NCBI GenBank assembly: GCA_038729485.1
Contig: JAVYRX010000003.1
Location: forward strand, 106,524-170,523
Reading direction: 5' to 3'
DNA length: 64,000 bases
DNA from: Thermoplasmatales archaeon
Lineage (GTDB): Archaea; Thermoplasmatota; Thermoplasmata; Thermoplasmatales; GCA-001856825
Shown in pieces: positions 26,265-35,649 of the stretch. Made by a program: the position numbers and the translations under genes. How positions within the stretch are numbered: the stretch's first letter is position 1; the number at the start of each line of letters is the position of its first letter. The notes beneath the pieces were generated by a model, which saw only the letters and a list, made by a program, of their open reading frames with translations, was not told the origin of the DNA and did no database searches.

Positions 26265-27158
26265 TCACTTCCTTTCTTGAAAGAACTGCGAAAAATGGTC
26301 GTATCCCTTTGAAGCAACCCTGTTACCTGAAATATCGAAAACGCCCTCTCCCTGCATCACTCTTCCTACCAGGGGGAAGGAGTCGATTTCGTCAGGGGAG
26401 GTGAATATCAGCTCATAATCTCCTCCAATCTCGTAGAAAAGTTCTTTCAAATCTTTGTCAAATACTCCTTCAGTGACGTCCTTTTCTATATCGATGCGAA
26501 CTCTGCTTAACTTTGATATAAGTTCCAGTGACTTATATAGGCCATCAGAATTGTCAATACAGGATGTAATCCTATGCTTCCTCATGACGTTAAGAGCATC
26601 AAATCTTGGATCGAAGTCCATGATACCTCTGTAGCCGCCAGAATTGCTGTAGTAATCTAAAATTGCTTTCTCCACCCTTCCTATCTTCGACGATATGTAT
26701 ACGAAATCTCCAGGCCTTGCCCCCCTTCTTCTGTACTCTCTACCAATCTCAACCTCTCCGATGATGAGGCCTGTCAGGGATATTGTTTCGCTCTCCTTGA
26801 GATCGCCCCCCTGGAACGAAACGTTGTACCTTATCACCTCCCGTTTTATTCCCTTTACCAGGGAAATAACCCAGCTCTCATCAATCTCCCGGGGGAATGA
26901 GAAAGAGGCCATCATTTCCAGAGGTGACCCATTCTTTGCTGCGATATCGCTCAAGTTGATGTCAACAAGAAACTTCCCTATAAGTTCAGGATCCCAGTCC
27001 CTTCGAAAATGGAATTTTTCGTTAATTGTATCCATGGCCATCAGAAGATATTTCCCGTTTACGGAAAAGAAATGAACGTCCTCGTCCTCGTTCTCCCTTC
27101 CCATCAAATCCCATATTTTTTCAATAAGGCCGCGTTCTCCTATGCCCTCAATTCTCAT
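26265..27158 (-). CDS. thiL: thiamine-monophosphate kinase (AIR-synthase-related fold)
   Basis: N-terminus 'IGERGLIEKI', 'MAMDTI', 'NLSDIAAKNG' and 'GGD' motifs, with length typical of ThiL. Confidence 0.75.
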   Translation of the reverse strand: MRIEGIGERGLIEKIWDLMGRENEDEDVHFFSVNGKYLLMAMDTINEKFHFRRDWDPELIGKFLVDINLSDIAAKNGSPLEMMASFSFPREIDESWVISLVKGIKREVIRYNVSFQGGDLKESETISLTGLIIGEVEIGREYRRRGARPGDFVYISSKIGRVEKAILDYYSNSGGYRGIMDFDPRFDALNVMRKHRITSCIDNSDGLYKSLELISKLSRVRIDIEKDVTEGVFDKDLKELFYEIGGDYELIFTSPDEIDSFPLVGRVMQGEGVFDISGNRVASKGYDHFSQFFQERK

Positions 27159-27198
27159 CGCTAAGATAATTAGATGTAGTTAAATAAATTATCAATCA

Positions 27199-27909
27199 AT
27201 GGATGAAATAGAGGTTGAAAACAGCATATTCTTCACACGATACGGAGCCGCATTTCTTGAAGATATATCCGCCGTCGTGGTTTCTGATGTTCATCTTGGG
27301 TACGAAGACGTTCTTGCCATGAACGGCATATTTATTCCAAGAGTACAGAGCAAGCTTATATATGAAACAGTGGACCAGATCATTGAAAAATATTCACCCA
27401 GCGAGTTCATTATAGATGGAGATCTAAAACATGAGTTTTCAAAGAACACCCCTCAAGAATGGAGAGACGTTTACGAGCTGTTGCAGAGAATTTCCAAAAA
27501 AAGCAAGCCTATCGTTGTTAAAGGCAATCACGATAATTATGTTGCGAACATCGCTTCAAAGCTCGAAATAAAGGTTTACGACATCTATAGGGAGGGAAGG
27601 TATACGTTCCATCACGGCCATAAGGATTTCAACTGGGAAGGCATGGCAATTATAGGAAACGAACATCCTGCCGTAGGACTAAGAGACGCAGTCGAATCAG
27701 TAATAAAACTACCATGCTTTTTGTATTTTAAGAAGGAAAACCTCATCGTTCTTCCGGCGCTGTCCATATACGCTGGAGGTTCGGACATACTTAAGAATGA
27801 GATATCTTCGCCGGTGCTTAAAAAAGTAGATTTAAACGACGGAAGAGTCTTCGGTTTATGGGACGCCTACGGGACAATAGACCTTGGAAAGGTAGGGGAC
27901 CTACTGTGA
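27199..27909 (+). CDS. calcineurin-like metallophosphoesterase (archaeal SbcD/Mre11-related small phosphoesterase)
   Basis: 'VVSDVHLGYE', 'IIDGDLKHEF', 'KGNHD', 'HHGH' and 'GNEHP' motifs in canonical order. Confidence 0.75.
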   Translation: MDEIEVENSIFFTRYGAAFLEDISAVVVSDVHLGYEDVLAMNGIFIPRVQSKLIYETVDQIIEKYSPSEFIIDGDLKHEFSKNTPQEWRDVYELLQRISKKSKPIVVKGNHDNYVANIASKLEIKVYDIYREGRYTFHHGHKDFNWEGMAIIGNEHPAVGLRDAVESVIKLPCFLYFKKENLIVLPALSIYAGGSDILKNEISSPVLKKVDLNDGRVFGLWDAYGTIDLGKVGDLL

Positions 27910-28628
27910 TAGGTTTCATATCATCGGGTTTCAATCCCCCATCTTCCCTGACTCTGGAAGAGATATCCTTCATGGAGAGATCGTCAAAAATAATCGTGGA
28001 CTCTTATACCTCGCCCAATTATCTCAAGGAATTCGAGGGAAGGAATCTCTTCTTTGCCGGGAGAAATGATTTGGAGGACTTCCTCTGGATATTCAAGGAG
28101 GAAGGAGATGTTTCAATAGTCATTCCCGGTGACTCATTTTCTGCTACTACACATTTCACCATATATAAGGAGGCCAGGAAGAGGGGAATCCGTGTTAACG
28201 TCTATCACAATTCTTCCATCTTCCCAGCAGCTGCAACGGTCCTTGGATTGCAGTTGTACAAGATTGGCCCCCCCGTATCGCTTCCAAGATTTACTGAGCG
28301 TTTCAGACCGACATCCCCCTACGAAAAGATAAGGGACAACATTGCAAGAGGCCTTCACACTATCGTTCTTCTGGATACCGATCCGCCCATGTCGCTCCAA
28401 GAAGCTCTGGAAGAACTAGAATGGATGGAAGATGTAAAATCAGGAAATGTTTTCACCAAGGAGACTAGAATGGGTGTAGTGATGGCCCTCGGCACTGAAA
28501 GGGAAAGAATCTCTTATGGGAAAATTGCGGACCTGAAGAGGATGAAATCAGAGAAGCCGTTGACGATCGTTATACCTGGAAACCTTCACTTCGAAGAGGC
28601 AGAGGCGCTTGAGCTCTTTCTCATTTAA
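27906..28628 (+). CDS. dphB: diphthine synthase
   Basis: Trimmed to the GTG at 27906 (GTGA overlap with the upstream stop). 'IGFISSGF', 'VDSYTS', 'VIPGDSFSATTH' and 'GLHTIVLLD' follow the tetrapyrrole-methylase/diphthine synthase pattern. Confidence 0.8.
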   Translation: MIGFISSGFNPPSSLTLEEISFMERSSKIIVDSYTSPNYLKEFEGRNLFFAGRNDLEDFLWIFKEEGDVSIVIPGDSFSATTHFTIYKEARKRGIRVNVYHNSSIFPAAATVLGLQLYKIGPPVSLPRFTERFRPTSPYEKIRDNIARGLHTIVLLDTDPPMSLQEALEELEWMEDVKSGNVFTKETRMGVVMALGTERERISYGKIADLKRMKSEKPLTIVIPGNLHFEEAEALELFLI

Positions 28629-28697
28629 CTTTTTCTAACAATAAAACGCTCATAAAGATTTATTACTCCGTTAACATATACGGAGAAAGTAGGTGGA

Positions 28698-29411
28698 ATG
28701 ATGCAATCAGCGCAAATGGCTTATGATAGGGCTATCACAGTGTTTTCTCCGGACGGAAGGCTCTTCCAGGTAGAGTATGCCAGAGAGGCTGTGAAGAGAG
28801 GCACAACCGCAATAGGTATCACGTTCCAAGACGGGGCGATCCTAATGGCTGACAAAAGGATCAAAAGCGGACTTATAGATGAAAGGAGTATCGAGAAGAT
28901 TTTCGCTATAGACGGACATATTGGAGCGGCCACGTCGGGTCTGATCGGGGACGCTAGGATACTCATAGATCATGCCCGGATCCAGGCGCAGTCTGAAAAA
29001 GTTACTTACGGCCAAGAAATAATAGTAGAATCCTTAGTCAAGAAAGTGTGCGATCTCCTTCAGCAATACACCCAATATGGGGGCGTAAGGCCGTTCGGAG
29101 CTTCCCTTCTCATAACTGGAATAGATGAAACTGGAATAAGTCTTTACGAGACGGACCCTTCCGGGCTCTCAACGGGATACAGGGCTGATGCTATAGGATA
29201 TGGTAGGGATGCGGCCATGGAAGTTCTGGAAAAAGAATATAAAGGCAATATGAGCCTCAAGGAAGCTGCTGATCTCGGTGTAAAGGCACTGAAGGCGGGA
29301 TTGGAGCAGGGGCAAACACTAGGTACTGTAAGCGTTGGCCTTATAACCAGGGGGGAGAAATTTAAAATACTCTCCACGGAAGAGGCTAGCAAGCTTACGG
29401 GCTTGAAGTGA
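28698..29411 (+). CDS. psmA: proteasome subunit alpha
   Basis: 'MAYDRAITVFSPDGRLFQVEYAREAVKRG' is nearly identical to the T. acidophilum alpha subunit N-terminus, and the rest is collinear. Confidence 0.97.
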   Translation: MMQSAQMAYDRAITVFSPDGRLFQVEYAREAVKRGTTAIGITFQDGAILMADKRIKSGLIDERSIEKIFAIDGHIGAATSGLIGDARILIDHARIQAQSEKVTYGQEIIVESLVKKVCDLLQQYTQYGGVRPFGASLLITGIDETGISLYETDPSGLSTGYRADAIGYGRDAAMEVLEKEYKGNMSLKEAADLGVKALKAGLEQGQTLGTVSVGLITRGEKFKILSTEEASKLTGLK

Positions 29412-30115
29412 GAAGGCAGATGGTAAAAGTAGAAGATGCACTGGTGGCTAGGTATGAATCAAAGGGACACCGTTTCGAGGTCCTAATAGATGAAAAGCTT
29501 GTCGATCTCGTTAAATCTGGAAAGAGTGTGAATGTAACAGATTATCTTGCTGCCGACGTCATATTTAAGGACAGCAGCAAGGGGGATAGGGCCTCGGAAG
29601 AAGCTATAAAGGAAGTGTTCGGCACCCAGGATTTCTCGACTGTTGTTTCTGAGATCATAAAGAAGGGGCAGGTTCAGCTTACCACAGAGCAGAGAAGAAA
29701 AATTCTAGAGGAGAAGAAAAGACAAATAGTCGAGATCATCTCCCGGGAATCTCTTAATCCGCAGACTGGGGCTCCGCACCCTCCACAGAGAATTGAGAAA
29801 GCCATGGAAGAGGCGAAGGTAAGGGTTGACCCGTTTAAGAGCGCGGAGGAGCAGGTGAACGATGTTCTGAAGGCCATAAGGGTGTTGCTGCCTATTAAGT
29901 TCGAGCACGTGAAGATGGAAATAGAGGTTCCTGGGAATGAATACGGAAAGATATATTCCGAACTTACCAGAATGGGTCAAATATTGAAAGAGGAATGGAA
30001 GAATAATGGAAGTTATAACGCTGTGATTGAGATACCTGCGGGTATACAGGACCAGCTTTATGATTTCCTCAATAAAAGGACAAAAGGGAATGTAAATATT
30101 AGGTTGGTTAAGTAG
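29408..30115 (+). CDS. sdo1: SBDS-family ribosome maturation protein
   Basis: 'VARYESKGHRFEVLID' is the FYSH-domain start, and the gene occupies the conserved position after psmA. GTGA overlap with psmA; an alternative ATG lies at 29420. Confidence 0.9.
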   Translation: MRRQMVKVEDALVARYESKGHRFEVLIDEKLVDLVKSGKSVNVTDYLAADVIFKDSSKGDRASEEAIKEVFGTQDFSTVVSEIIKKGQVQLTTEQRRKILEEKKRQIVEIISRESLNPQTGAPHPPQRIEKAMEEAKVRVDPFKSAEEQVNDVLKAIRVLLPIKFEHVKMEIEVPGNEYGKIYSELTRMGQILKEEWKNNGSYNAVIEIPAGIQDQLYDFLNKRTKGNVNIRLVK

Positions 30116-30124
30116 AGGTGAATA

Positions 30125-30790
30125 TTGTTGGATACGCAAAGAAAGATTGTTTTGCCAGGAGAAGAGATAGATTTAGGCGGAATGAAACAGGGCAACGGCA
30201 TATACCATGAAAATGGGAAGTATTACGCTTATCAAATGGGAGTTCTTCAAACATACAATAATTACGCGAACGTAATACCACTTTCAGGCAAGTATTATCC
30301 CGTGAGGAACGACAGAGTAATTGCAAAAGTCATTGACATAGCGCCATCGTTCTGGATTATGGATATCAGGGGTCCCTACCCAGGATTCCTTCACATAAAT
30401 GATACTCCTTGGAAAAATGTTGATCAGGATCTCAGCAAGATTTTAAGCACTGGAGATACTGTATTTGCGAAGGTTAACGAGATTACGGAATCAAGGCAGA
30501 TATGGCTTTCAATGAAGGATGCCGGATTGAGGAAGCTTGAAGGTGGCCACATAATAATGGTACAGCCGACAAAGGTTTCAAGGATAATCGGCAAGGGAGG
30601 TTCCATGGTCAACACTATAAAGGAGCTAACAGGTGTAAAAATACAGCTAGGTCAGAACGGCGTTGTGTGGTTGGATGGGCAAGAAGACAAACTTCTCATA
30701 GTCAGGAAAATCCTTCGTTACATTGAAAAGGAGGCGCATACATCGGGGCTCACTGATCGTGTGAAGAAGATATTGGAGGAAAGTAGGTGA
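30125..30790 (+). CDS. rrp4: exosome complex RNA-binding subunit Rrp4 (S1 + KH)
   Basis: 'VLPGEEI' N-terminal domain, an S1 region, and a KH '[17 protein letters not shown]'. TTG start preceded by GAGGTG. Confidence 0.9.
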   Translation: MLDTQRKIVLPGEEIDLGGMKQGNGIYHENGKYYAYQMGVLQTYNNYANVIPLSGKYYPVRNDRVIAKVIDIAPSFWIMDIRGPYPGFLHINDTPWKNVDQDLSKILSTGDTVFAKVNEITESRQIWLSMKDAGLRKLEGGHIIMVQPTKVSRIIGKGGSMVNTIKELTGVKIQLGQNGVVWLDGQEDKLLIVRKILRYIEKEAHTSGLTDRVKKILEESR

Positions 30791-31539
30791 TAGAATTGGG
30801 TATGGAAGGTAGTATGAAACTGATAAACGAAGAGGGGTTAAGAATAGACGGAAGGAAGTTCAATGAGCTTCGTCCAATAAGGATTGAAGCTGGAATATTG
30901 AACAGGGCTGACGGCTCAGCATACATTGAGTGGGGCGGAAACAAAGTTCTCGTGGCGGTATACGGTCCGAGAGAGGCTTTTCCAAAGCACACACAAAACC
31001 CATCCAAAGCCGTGATAAACGCCAGGTATAATATGGCTGCATTTTCTGTGGACGAAAGAAAGAGGCCTGGACCTGACAGAAGAGCTGTGGAGATAAGCAA
31101 AGTAATAGGAGAAGCCCTTGAAAACGCTATATTTACCGAACAGTTCCCAAGGACAAGCATAGATGTTTACATAGAGGTGCTTCAGGCGGATGCCGGCACA
31201 AGGATAGCGGGTCTCACTGCCGCTTCAGTAGCGCTCGTGGATGCCGGGATACCGATGAAGGATATGGTTGTTGGATGTGCTGCAGGGAAGATAGAAGGTC
31301 ATGTAGTTCTCGATTTGAATAAGGAGGAGGATAATTATGGGGAAGCAGATCTTCCTGTTGCAATAATACCAAGGACGGGTGAGATCGTTCTACTTCAAAT
31401 GGACGGTCATATGACGAAGGAGGAGCTGAAAGAAGCTCTTGATATGTCAAAGAAAGCTGCGCTATACATCTCAAATCTCCAAAGAGAGGCCCTTCTTGCA
31501 AAATATAAAGAAGAGAAGGAGGTGGAAAGAAATGAGTAA
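30787..31539 (+). CDS. rrp41: exosome complex exonuclease Rrp41 (RNase PH domain)
   Basis: '[14 protein letters not shown]', '[21 protein letters not shown]' and 'DAGTR'. GTGA overlap with rrp4; an alternative ATG lies at 30814. Confidence 0.92.
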   Translation: MIELGMEGSMKLINEEGLRIDGRKFNELRPIRIEAGILNRADGSAYIEWGGNKVLVAVYGPREAFPKHTQNPSKAVINARYNMAAFSVDERKRPGPDRRAVEISKVIGEALENAIFTEQFPRTSIDVYIEVLQADAGTRIAGLTAASVALVDAGIPMKDMVVGCAAGKIEGHVVLDLNKEEDNYGEADLPVAIIPRTGEIVLLQMDGHMTKEELKEALDMSKKAALYISNLQREALLAKYKEEKEVERNE

Positions 31540-32317
31540 GAGTTCAGACGAGATAGTTTATGGTTTAAAGAGAGAATATCTTGAAAAGATATCTCAACAA
31601 GGAAACAGGATAGATGGAAGAAGATTCGAAGAGATTAGGAAATTCACGATAACTACGAATTTTGTTCCAAGGGCAGAGGGCTCTGCCGAAGTGAGGCTAG
31701 GAAATACGAGAGTGCTTGTAGGAGTGAAGATTGAGCAGGGTGAACCTTTTCCAGACACTCCAAACTCCGGCATACTCACCACGAACGCGGAGCTCCTTCC
31801 AATGGCATCTCCAACATTTGAGTCAGGGCCTCCGAATGAGGATTCCATAGAACTTGCCAGGGTAGTGGATCGTGGTGTAAGAGAATCAAAGATGATTGAT
31901 CTGGATAAACTTGTGATAGAAGAGGGGAAGAAGGTATGGGTAGTTTTCGTAGATATTCACGTGCTCGATTACGACGGAAACCTAATAGATGCAAGTGCTC
32001 TAGGAGCTGTCGCAGCCCTACTCACTTCCAAAGTTCCTGCGTCAAAGATCGGCTTAGCTGATTACCCGCTGCCGATTAGTCACATACCAGTTATGATAAC
32101 GTTCGCAAAGATAGGATCGTCGCTAGTGGTTGATCCTTGCCTGGAGGAAGAAGAGGTGGCCACAGCTAGGTTATCGGTAGCTACGGATGAAAACGAGAAC
32201 GTGGTGGCAATGCAGAAGGGCCTTGGAGGGAGCATTACCCAGGACGAGCTTTTCTCTGCCGTCGAAACTTCCATGGCGTTGGGAAAGGATATAAGGGAGA
32301 GATTGATGCGGAAGTGA
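31532..32317 (+). CDS. rrp42: exosome complex subunit Rrp42 (RNase PH-like)
   Basis: I trimmed the listed 31439 ORF to the ATG at 31532 ([11 protein letters not shown]...), which overlaps the rrp41 stop by 8 nt. '[11 protein letters not shown]' and '[18 protein letters not shown]' are present. Confidence 0.9.
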   Translation: MSKSSDEIVYGLKREYLEKISQQGNRIDGRRFEEIRKFTITTNFVPRAEGSAEVRLGNTRVLVGVKIEQGEPFPDTPNSGILTTNAELLPMASPTFESGPPNEDSIELARVVDRGVRESKMIDLDKLVIEEGKKVWVVFVDIHVLDYDGNLIDASALGAVAALLTSKVPASKIGLADYPLPISHIPVMITFAKIGSSLVVDPCLEEEEVATARLSVATDENENVVAMQKGLGGSITQDELFSAVETSMALGKDIRERLMRK

Positions 32318-32321
32318 CCTT

Positions 32322-32579
32322 ATGTCAAGAAAGACTAAAAAAGTTGGAAGTGCAGGCCGGTTTGGCTCACGCTACGGATCAACAGTAAGAAAGAGATGGC
32401 TAGAGATGGAGAATCTCAGAAAGGCGTCTTATGTATGTCCAAGGTGTCATCATGTTTCGGTCAAGAGAATGCACCCAGGAATATGGGAATGCAGGAAGTG
32501 CGGATTTCAGTTTGTGGGGGATTCATACACCCCTGAGATTAGCACGGAATTCAAGAAGGTGAATCTCGATAATGTTTAA
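32322..32579 (+). CDS. rpl37ae: 50S ribosomal protein L37Ae (eL43)
   Basis: 'GRFGSRYG' and the zinc ribbon 'CPRC...WECRKCG'. Confidence 0.95.
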   Translation: MSRKTKKVGSAGRFGSRYGSTVRKRWLEMENLRKASYVCPRCHHVSVKRMHPGIWECRKCGFQFVGDSYTPEISTEFKKVNLDNV

Positions 32580-32703
32580 ATGTGTGAGGTGCGGAAGGGA
32601 ACTTAAGGATGAAAACGATACTGCCCAGTTTGAGTGCGAGTGCGGCTCAAAGGTCTTTGTAAGAGTTCCAGGAAACGTCGTGAAGACGGTCGAAGTAAAA
32701 TAG
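32572..32703 (+). CDS. rpoP: DNA-directed RNA polymerase subunit P (Rpo12)
   Basis: A 43-codon ORF absent from the supplied track (under 60 aa): MFKCVRCGRELKDENDTAQFECECGSKVFVRVPGNVVKTVEVK. It has a CxxC...CxC ribbon, overlaps the L37Ae stop, and ends (TAG at 32701-32703) directly before the pus10 ATG. Confidence 0.8.
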   Translation: MFKCVRCGRELKDENDTAQFECECGSKVFVRVPGNVVKTVEVK

Positions 32704-33765
32704 ATGGCTGCCTGCCCTATCTGCCACAGAAGGCTGGATCTGGAGGGAGTATCGGAGAGTTTGGATAGATGCGATTATTGCGGGGGGCTTCTCACTCATG
32801 TTGACGATTTTTACGAAATGTTCAGGGATATTTCAGGTCAGTTTGAGATAAATAGCTTCCTTATAGGCGTAAGGGTTGAACCAGAAAAATTTGAACTGGA
32901 TAATAAGATTATTGCGGAGAAGGGTCTCAATATCAGAGACTTTAAGAAGGAATTTGAATGTGCCTTAGGGTCGAGGATAGAAGATAGATTGGGTTTAAAG
33001 GCTGATTTCAAATTTCCTGATGCAGTTTTCACTGTTGATCAGAGAAATATGTCTTGCGACCTCTGGATCAGGCCTGTCTATATCGTAGGCAGGTACATTA
33101 AAAAAGCCAGGGGGATACCCCAGTCACCTTGGATATCTCCTGCCCGAGGCAGGGAGGGGAAATCGATATCAGAATACATAGGGGAAGCGGCAACATCCAA
33201 ACTCTCAGGGAGAAATTATAACTTCTACGCATCAGGAAGGGAGGACGTTGATGCGCTGATGCTGGGAAGTGGAAGGCCATTTTACGTAGAGGTTACATAC
33301 CCCAGGAGGAGGTCTTTTGACGGGGCGCAACTCAGTGAGGCAGTGAGAGAATCTTCAGGGGGGAAAGTGGAGATATTTGATCTGAGAATTGCATCAGTCA
33401 AGGAGGTTGATGAATTAAAAAAAATGCGTTTTAATAAAATATATGAAGTGAGACTAACAATAGACAGGAAGGTTGATGGTTACCTTCTTCAGAGACTTTC
33501 ATCATATTCCGGCTCCCTGATATCGCAGAGGACCCCGTCAAGGGTGCTTCCTATACGCAGTGATATTATTAGGAAGAGAAAAATATACAGCGTGAAGGTG
33601 TCCGATTGGAGTGACAACCAAGTCACGCTCCGCATAGAAGCCGAAGCCGGGACGTACATAAAGGAATTCATTACTGGCGATTCTGGTAGAACGGAGCCAA
33701 GCATTTCCGATGACCTAAAAGTAAACGTTAAAATAGATTATCTTAATGTGCTCCAAGTTAAATAG
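32704..33765 (+). CDS. pus10: tRNA pseudouridine(54/55) synthase Pus10
   Basis: N-terminal 'CPICHRR...CDYCGG' zinc module, a THUMP-like middle region, and catalytic 'ASGREDVDALMLGSGRPF'. Confidence 0.88.
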   Translation: MAACPICHRRLDLEGVSESLDRCDYCGGLLTHVDDFYEMFRDISGQFEINSFLIGVRVEPEKFELDNKIIAEKGLNIRDFKKEFECALGSRIEDRLGLKADFKFPDAVFTVDQRNMSCDLWIRPVYIVGRYIKKARGIPQSPWISPARGREGKSISEYIGEAATSKLSGRNYNFYASGREDVDALMLGSGRPFYVEVTYPRRRSFDGAQLSEAVRESSGGKVEIFDLRIASVKEVDELKKMRFNKIYEVRLTIDRKVDGYLLQRLSSYSGSLISQRTPSRVLPIRSDIIRKRKIYSVKVSDWSDNQVTLRIEAEAGTYIKEFITGDSGRTEPSISDDLKVNVKIDYLNVLQVK

Positions 33766-33776
33766 GGGTTGGCAAA

Positions 33777-34067
33777 ATGGCAAAAATGTCTCATGGTCCT
33801 AGGTCTAAGACTCGCTCTAAGATGAGGAAAAAGGCAGGAGAGAAGGGACCTCTGACCGTCAATAGGATAGTAAGAAAGTTAGAGGTAGGGGACAGAGTAG
33901 CCATAGACATCGAGCCTTCTGTTCATAAGGGAATGCCTTTCAAGAGGTTTCAGGGCCTCACTGGCATTGTTGAAGAAAAGAGGGGGGAAGCCTATCTCAT
34001 TGGTATAAAGGATCAAGGTAAGCAGAAGTATGTTTTATCTTATCCGATACACCTTAAGAGGGTGTGA
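33777..34067 (+). CDS. rpl21e: 50S ribosomal protein L21e
   Basis: 'SHGPRSKTRSKMRK' N-terminus and 'KGMPFKRFQGLTG' SH3-like core. Confidence 0.93.
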   Translation: MAKMSHGPRSKTRSKMRKKAGEKGPLTVNRIVRKLEVGDRVAIDIEPSVHKGMPFKRFQGLTGIVEEKRGEAYLIGIKDQGKQKYVLSYPIHLKRV

Positions 34068-34076
34068 ACATATTTT

Positions 34077-34391
34077 ATGAAAATCACCTATATTCCATTG
34101 GCAAAGGCAAAGGATTTGCTTTCCGAGGCTTCGTCAACAAGGAAGCTCAATCCAGTTCAGGAGTCAGCTCTAAGGCATCTTAAAAAATTTTCAAAAATAG
34201 ACGCGAAAACCGCTGACGAAATGCGTGACGAGCTGATCTCCTTGGGCCTTGAGCAGGCCGTTGCCGTCAAAATAGTAGACATAATGCCTGCCACTGCAGA
34301 TGAGCTTAGGGCAATCGTATATCCTCAGATCCAAAATCTTGATGCAGCACTTGTGGAAAAAATTCTGGGGATTCTGCAGAAGAACAGGTGA
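34077..34391 (+). CDS. rpoF: DNA-directed RNA polymerase subunit F (Rpo4)
   Basis: 104 aa helical protein in the conserved L21e-rpoF-DUF655-ksgA position, with an HRDC-like 'ELRAI' end. Confidence 0.7.
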   Translation: MKITYIPLAKAKDLLSEASSTRKLNPVQESALRHLKKFSKIDAKTADEMRDELISLGLEQAVAVKIVDIMPATADELRAIVYPQIQNLDAALVEKILGILQKNR

Positions 34392-34945
34392 TATTTTTGG
34401 AAGAGTTCGCCTACGTCCTCGATATACTACCCCAAGGAAGGATGGAGGAGAAAGCGTTCAGGAGAGTACCGCTTGTTCTTGCAATCGGTGAGGAAGAGCT
34501 GAAGCTTTTTGAGCTGATACCGAAACCTGGCGAGGCACTTGCGATAGGAGATAGGGTATACATAGGGAAAGACCTTGATAAGAGGAATAAAATTAGCAGC
34601 GTGAAGAGGAGGATATCATTTGACGAGCTTACGCCTGCAGCCCAGAGTGAACTTGAGTTCGTTGTGATGCAGATAGTTGAGAAGAACGAGGGAAGATTTG
34701 TTAACTTTTTCAATACGGCTCAACCTGTAACTACTAGGCTTCACCAACTTGACCTTCTTTACGGCGTTGGAAGGAGTCTAATGTGGGAAATACTTGATGA
34801 GAGAAAGAAGGGGCCGTTCAAGAGTTTTCAAGAGCTCAAATCAAGGGTAAAGGGGCTGAGAGACCCTGAAAAGATGATCACAGAAAGGATCATGAGAGAG
34901 CTAAAAAATAAGGATGAAAGGCATAGGCTTTTTGTGTCGAGCTAA
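34388..34945 (+). CDS. DUF655-family protein (putative HhH nucleic-acid-binding protein)
   Basis: 'EEFAYVLDILPQGR' is the canonical DUF655 start. The C-terminal 'LHQLDLLYGVGRSLMWEILDER' is helix-hairpin-helix-like. GTGA overlap with rpoF. Confidence 0.8.
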   Translation: MIFLEEFAYVLDILPQGRMEEKAFRRVPLVLAIGEEELKLFELIPKPGEALAIGDRVYIGKDLDKRNKISSVKRRISFDELTPAAQSELEFVVMQIVEKNEGRFVNFFNTAQPVTTRLHQLDLLYGVGRSLMWEILDERKKGPFKSFQELKSRVKGLRDPEKMITERIMRELKNKDERHRLFVSS

Positions 34946-34947
34946 GT

Positions 34948-35649
34948 ATGGGAAAAAGGAACAAAGATGGCATAAATTTTCTTGTCGACGAAGAAGTAGC
35001 GGAAAGAATTGTAAAAACAGTAGACGTGAAGGGAAAGGATGTCTTGGAGGTAGGTGGGGGGCTTGGTCAGTTAACTAAGTTCATAAAGGATCACAGAAGC
35101 CTTACTATCATAGAGAAAAAGAGGGAGTTTGCGGAAAGACTGAGGGAGATGTTTCCGGATGCGAATGTAATAGAGGGAGATGCCCTCAAGGTCGACTGGC
35201 CTAAGTTCCAGGTTTTCATATCAAATACACCTTATTCTATCTCCACCCCTCTTCTTGAGAAGATCAGGAAGAACAATTTCGAAAGCGCCGTTCTCACGGT
35301 TCAGAAGGAGGTCGCAGACAGGATGACTGCATCGCCCGGTTCGAAGGACTATTCCAGGCTTACCGTAATGACTAACATGAAATTCGTAATTCAAAGAATG
35401 TTTGATATCCCCCCATCTAAATTCAGTCCGAGGCCTAAGGTTTACAGCACGGTTATACTGTTGAAAAAGAAAGAAGACCAGATAAACGAGAATATTGAGG
35501 CATTGGTTCGGAAACTTTTCTCTCACAGGAGAAAAAAGATCAAGTGGTCGGTTAAGTCACAGAAATTTGGGGAAAAGAGGCCAGAGGAATTGACCCCGGA
35601 AGATTTTCTAGATCTTTTTGAGGAGTTCAGCGAGACGCAACGATCTTGA
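34948..35649 (+). CDS. rsmA: 16S rRNA (adenine1518/1519-N6)-dimethyltransferase (KsgA/Dim1)
   Basis: 'NFLVDEEVAERIV', SAM motif 'VLEVGGGLGQLT', 'NTPYSISTPLL' and 'PPSKFSPRPKVYS'. Confidence 0.9.
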   Translation: MGKRNKDGINFLVDEEVAERIVKTVDVKGKDVLEVGGGLGQLTKFIKDHRSLTIIEKKREFAERLREMFPDANVIEGDALKVDWPKFQVFISNTPYSISTPLLEKIRKNNFESAVLTVQKEVADRMTASPGSKDYSRLTVMTNMKFVIQRMFDIPPSKFSPRPKVYSTVILLKKKEDQINENIEALVRKLFSHRRKKIKWSVKSQKFGEKRPEELTPEDFLDLFEEFSETQRS

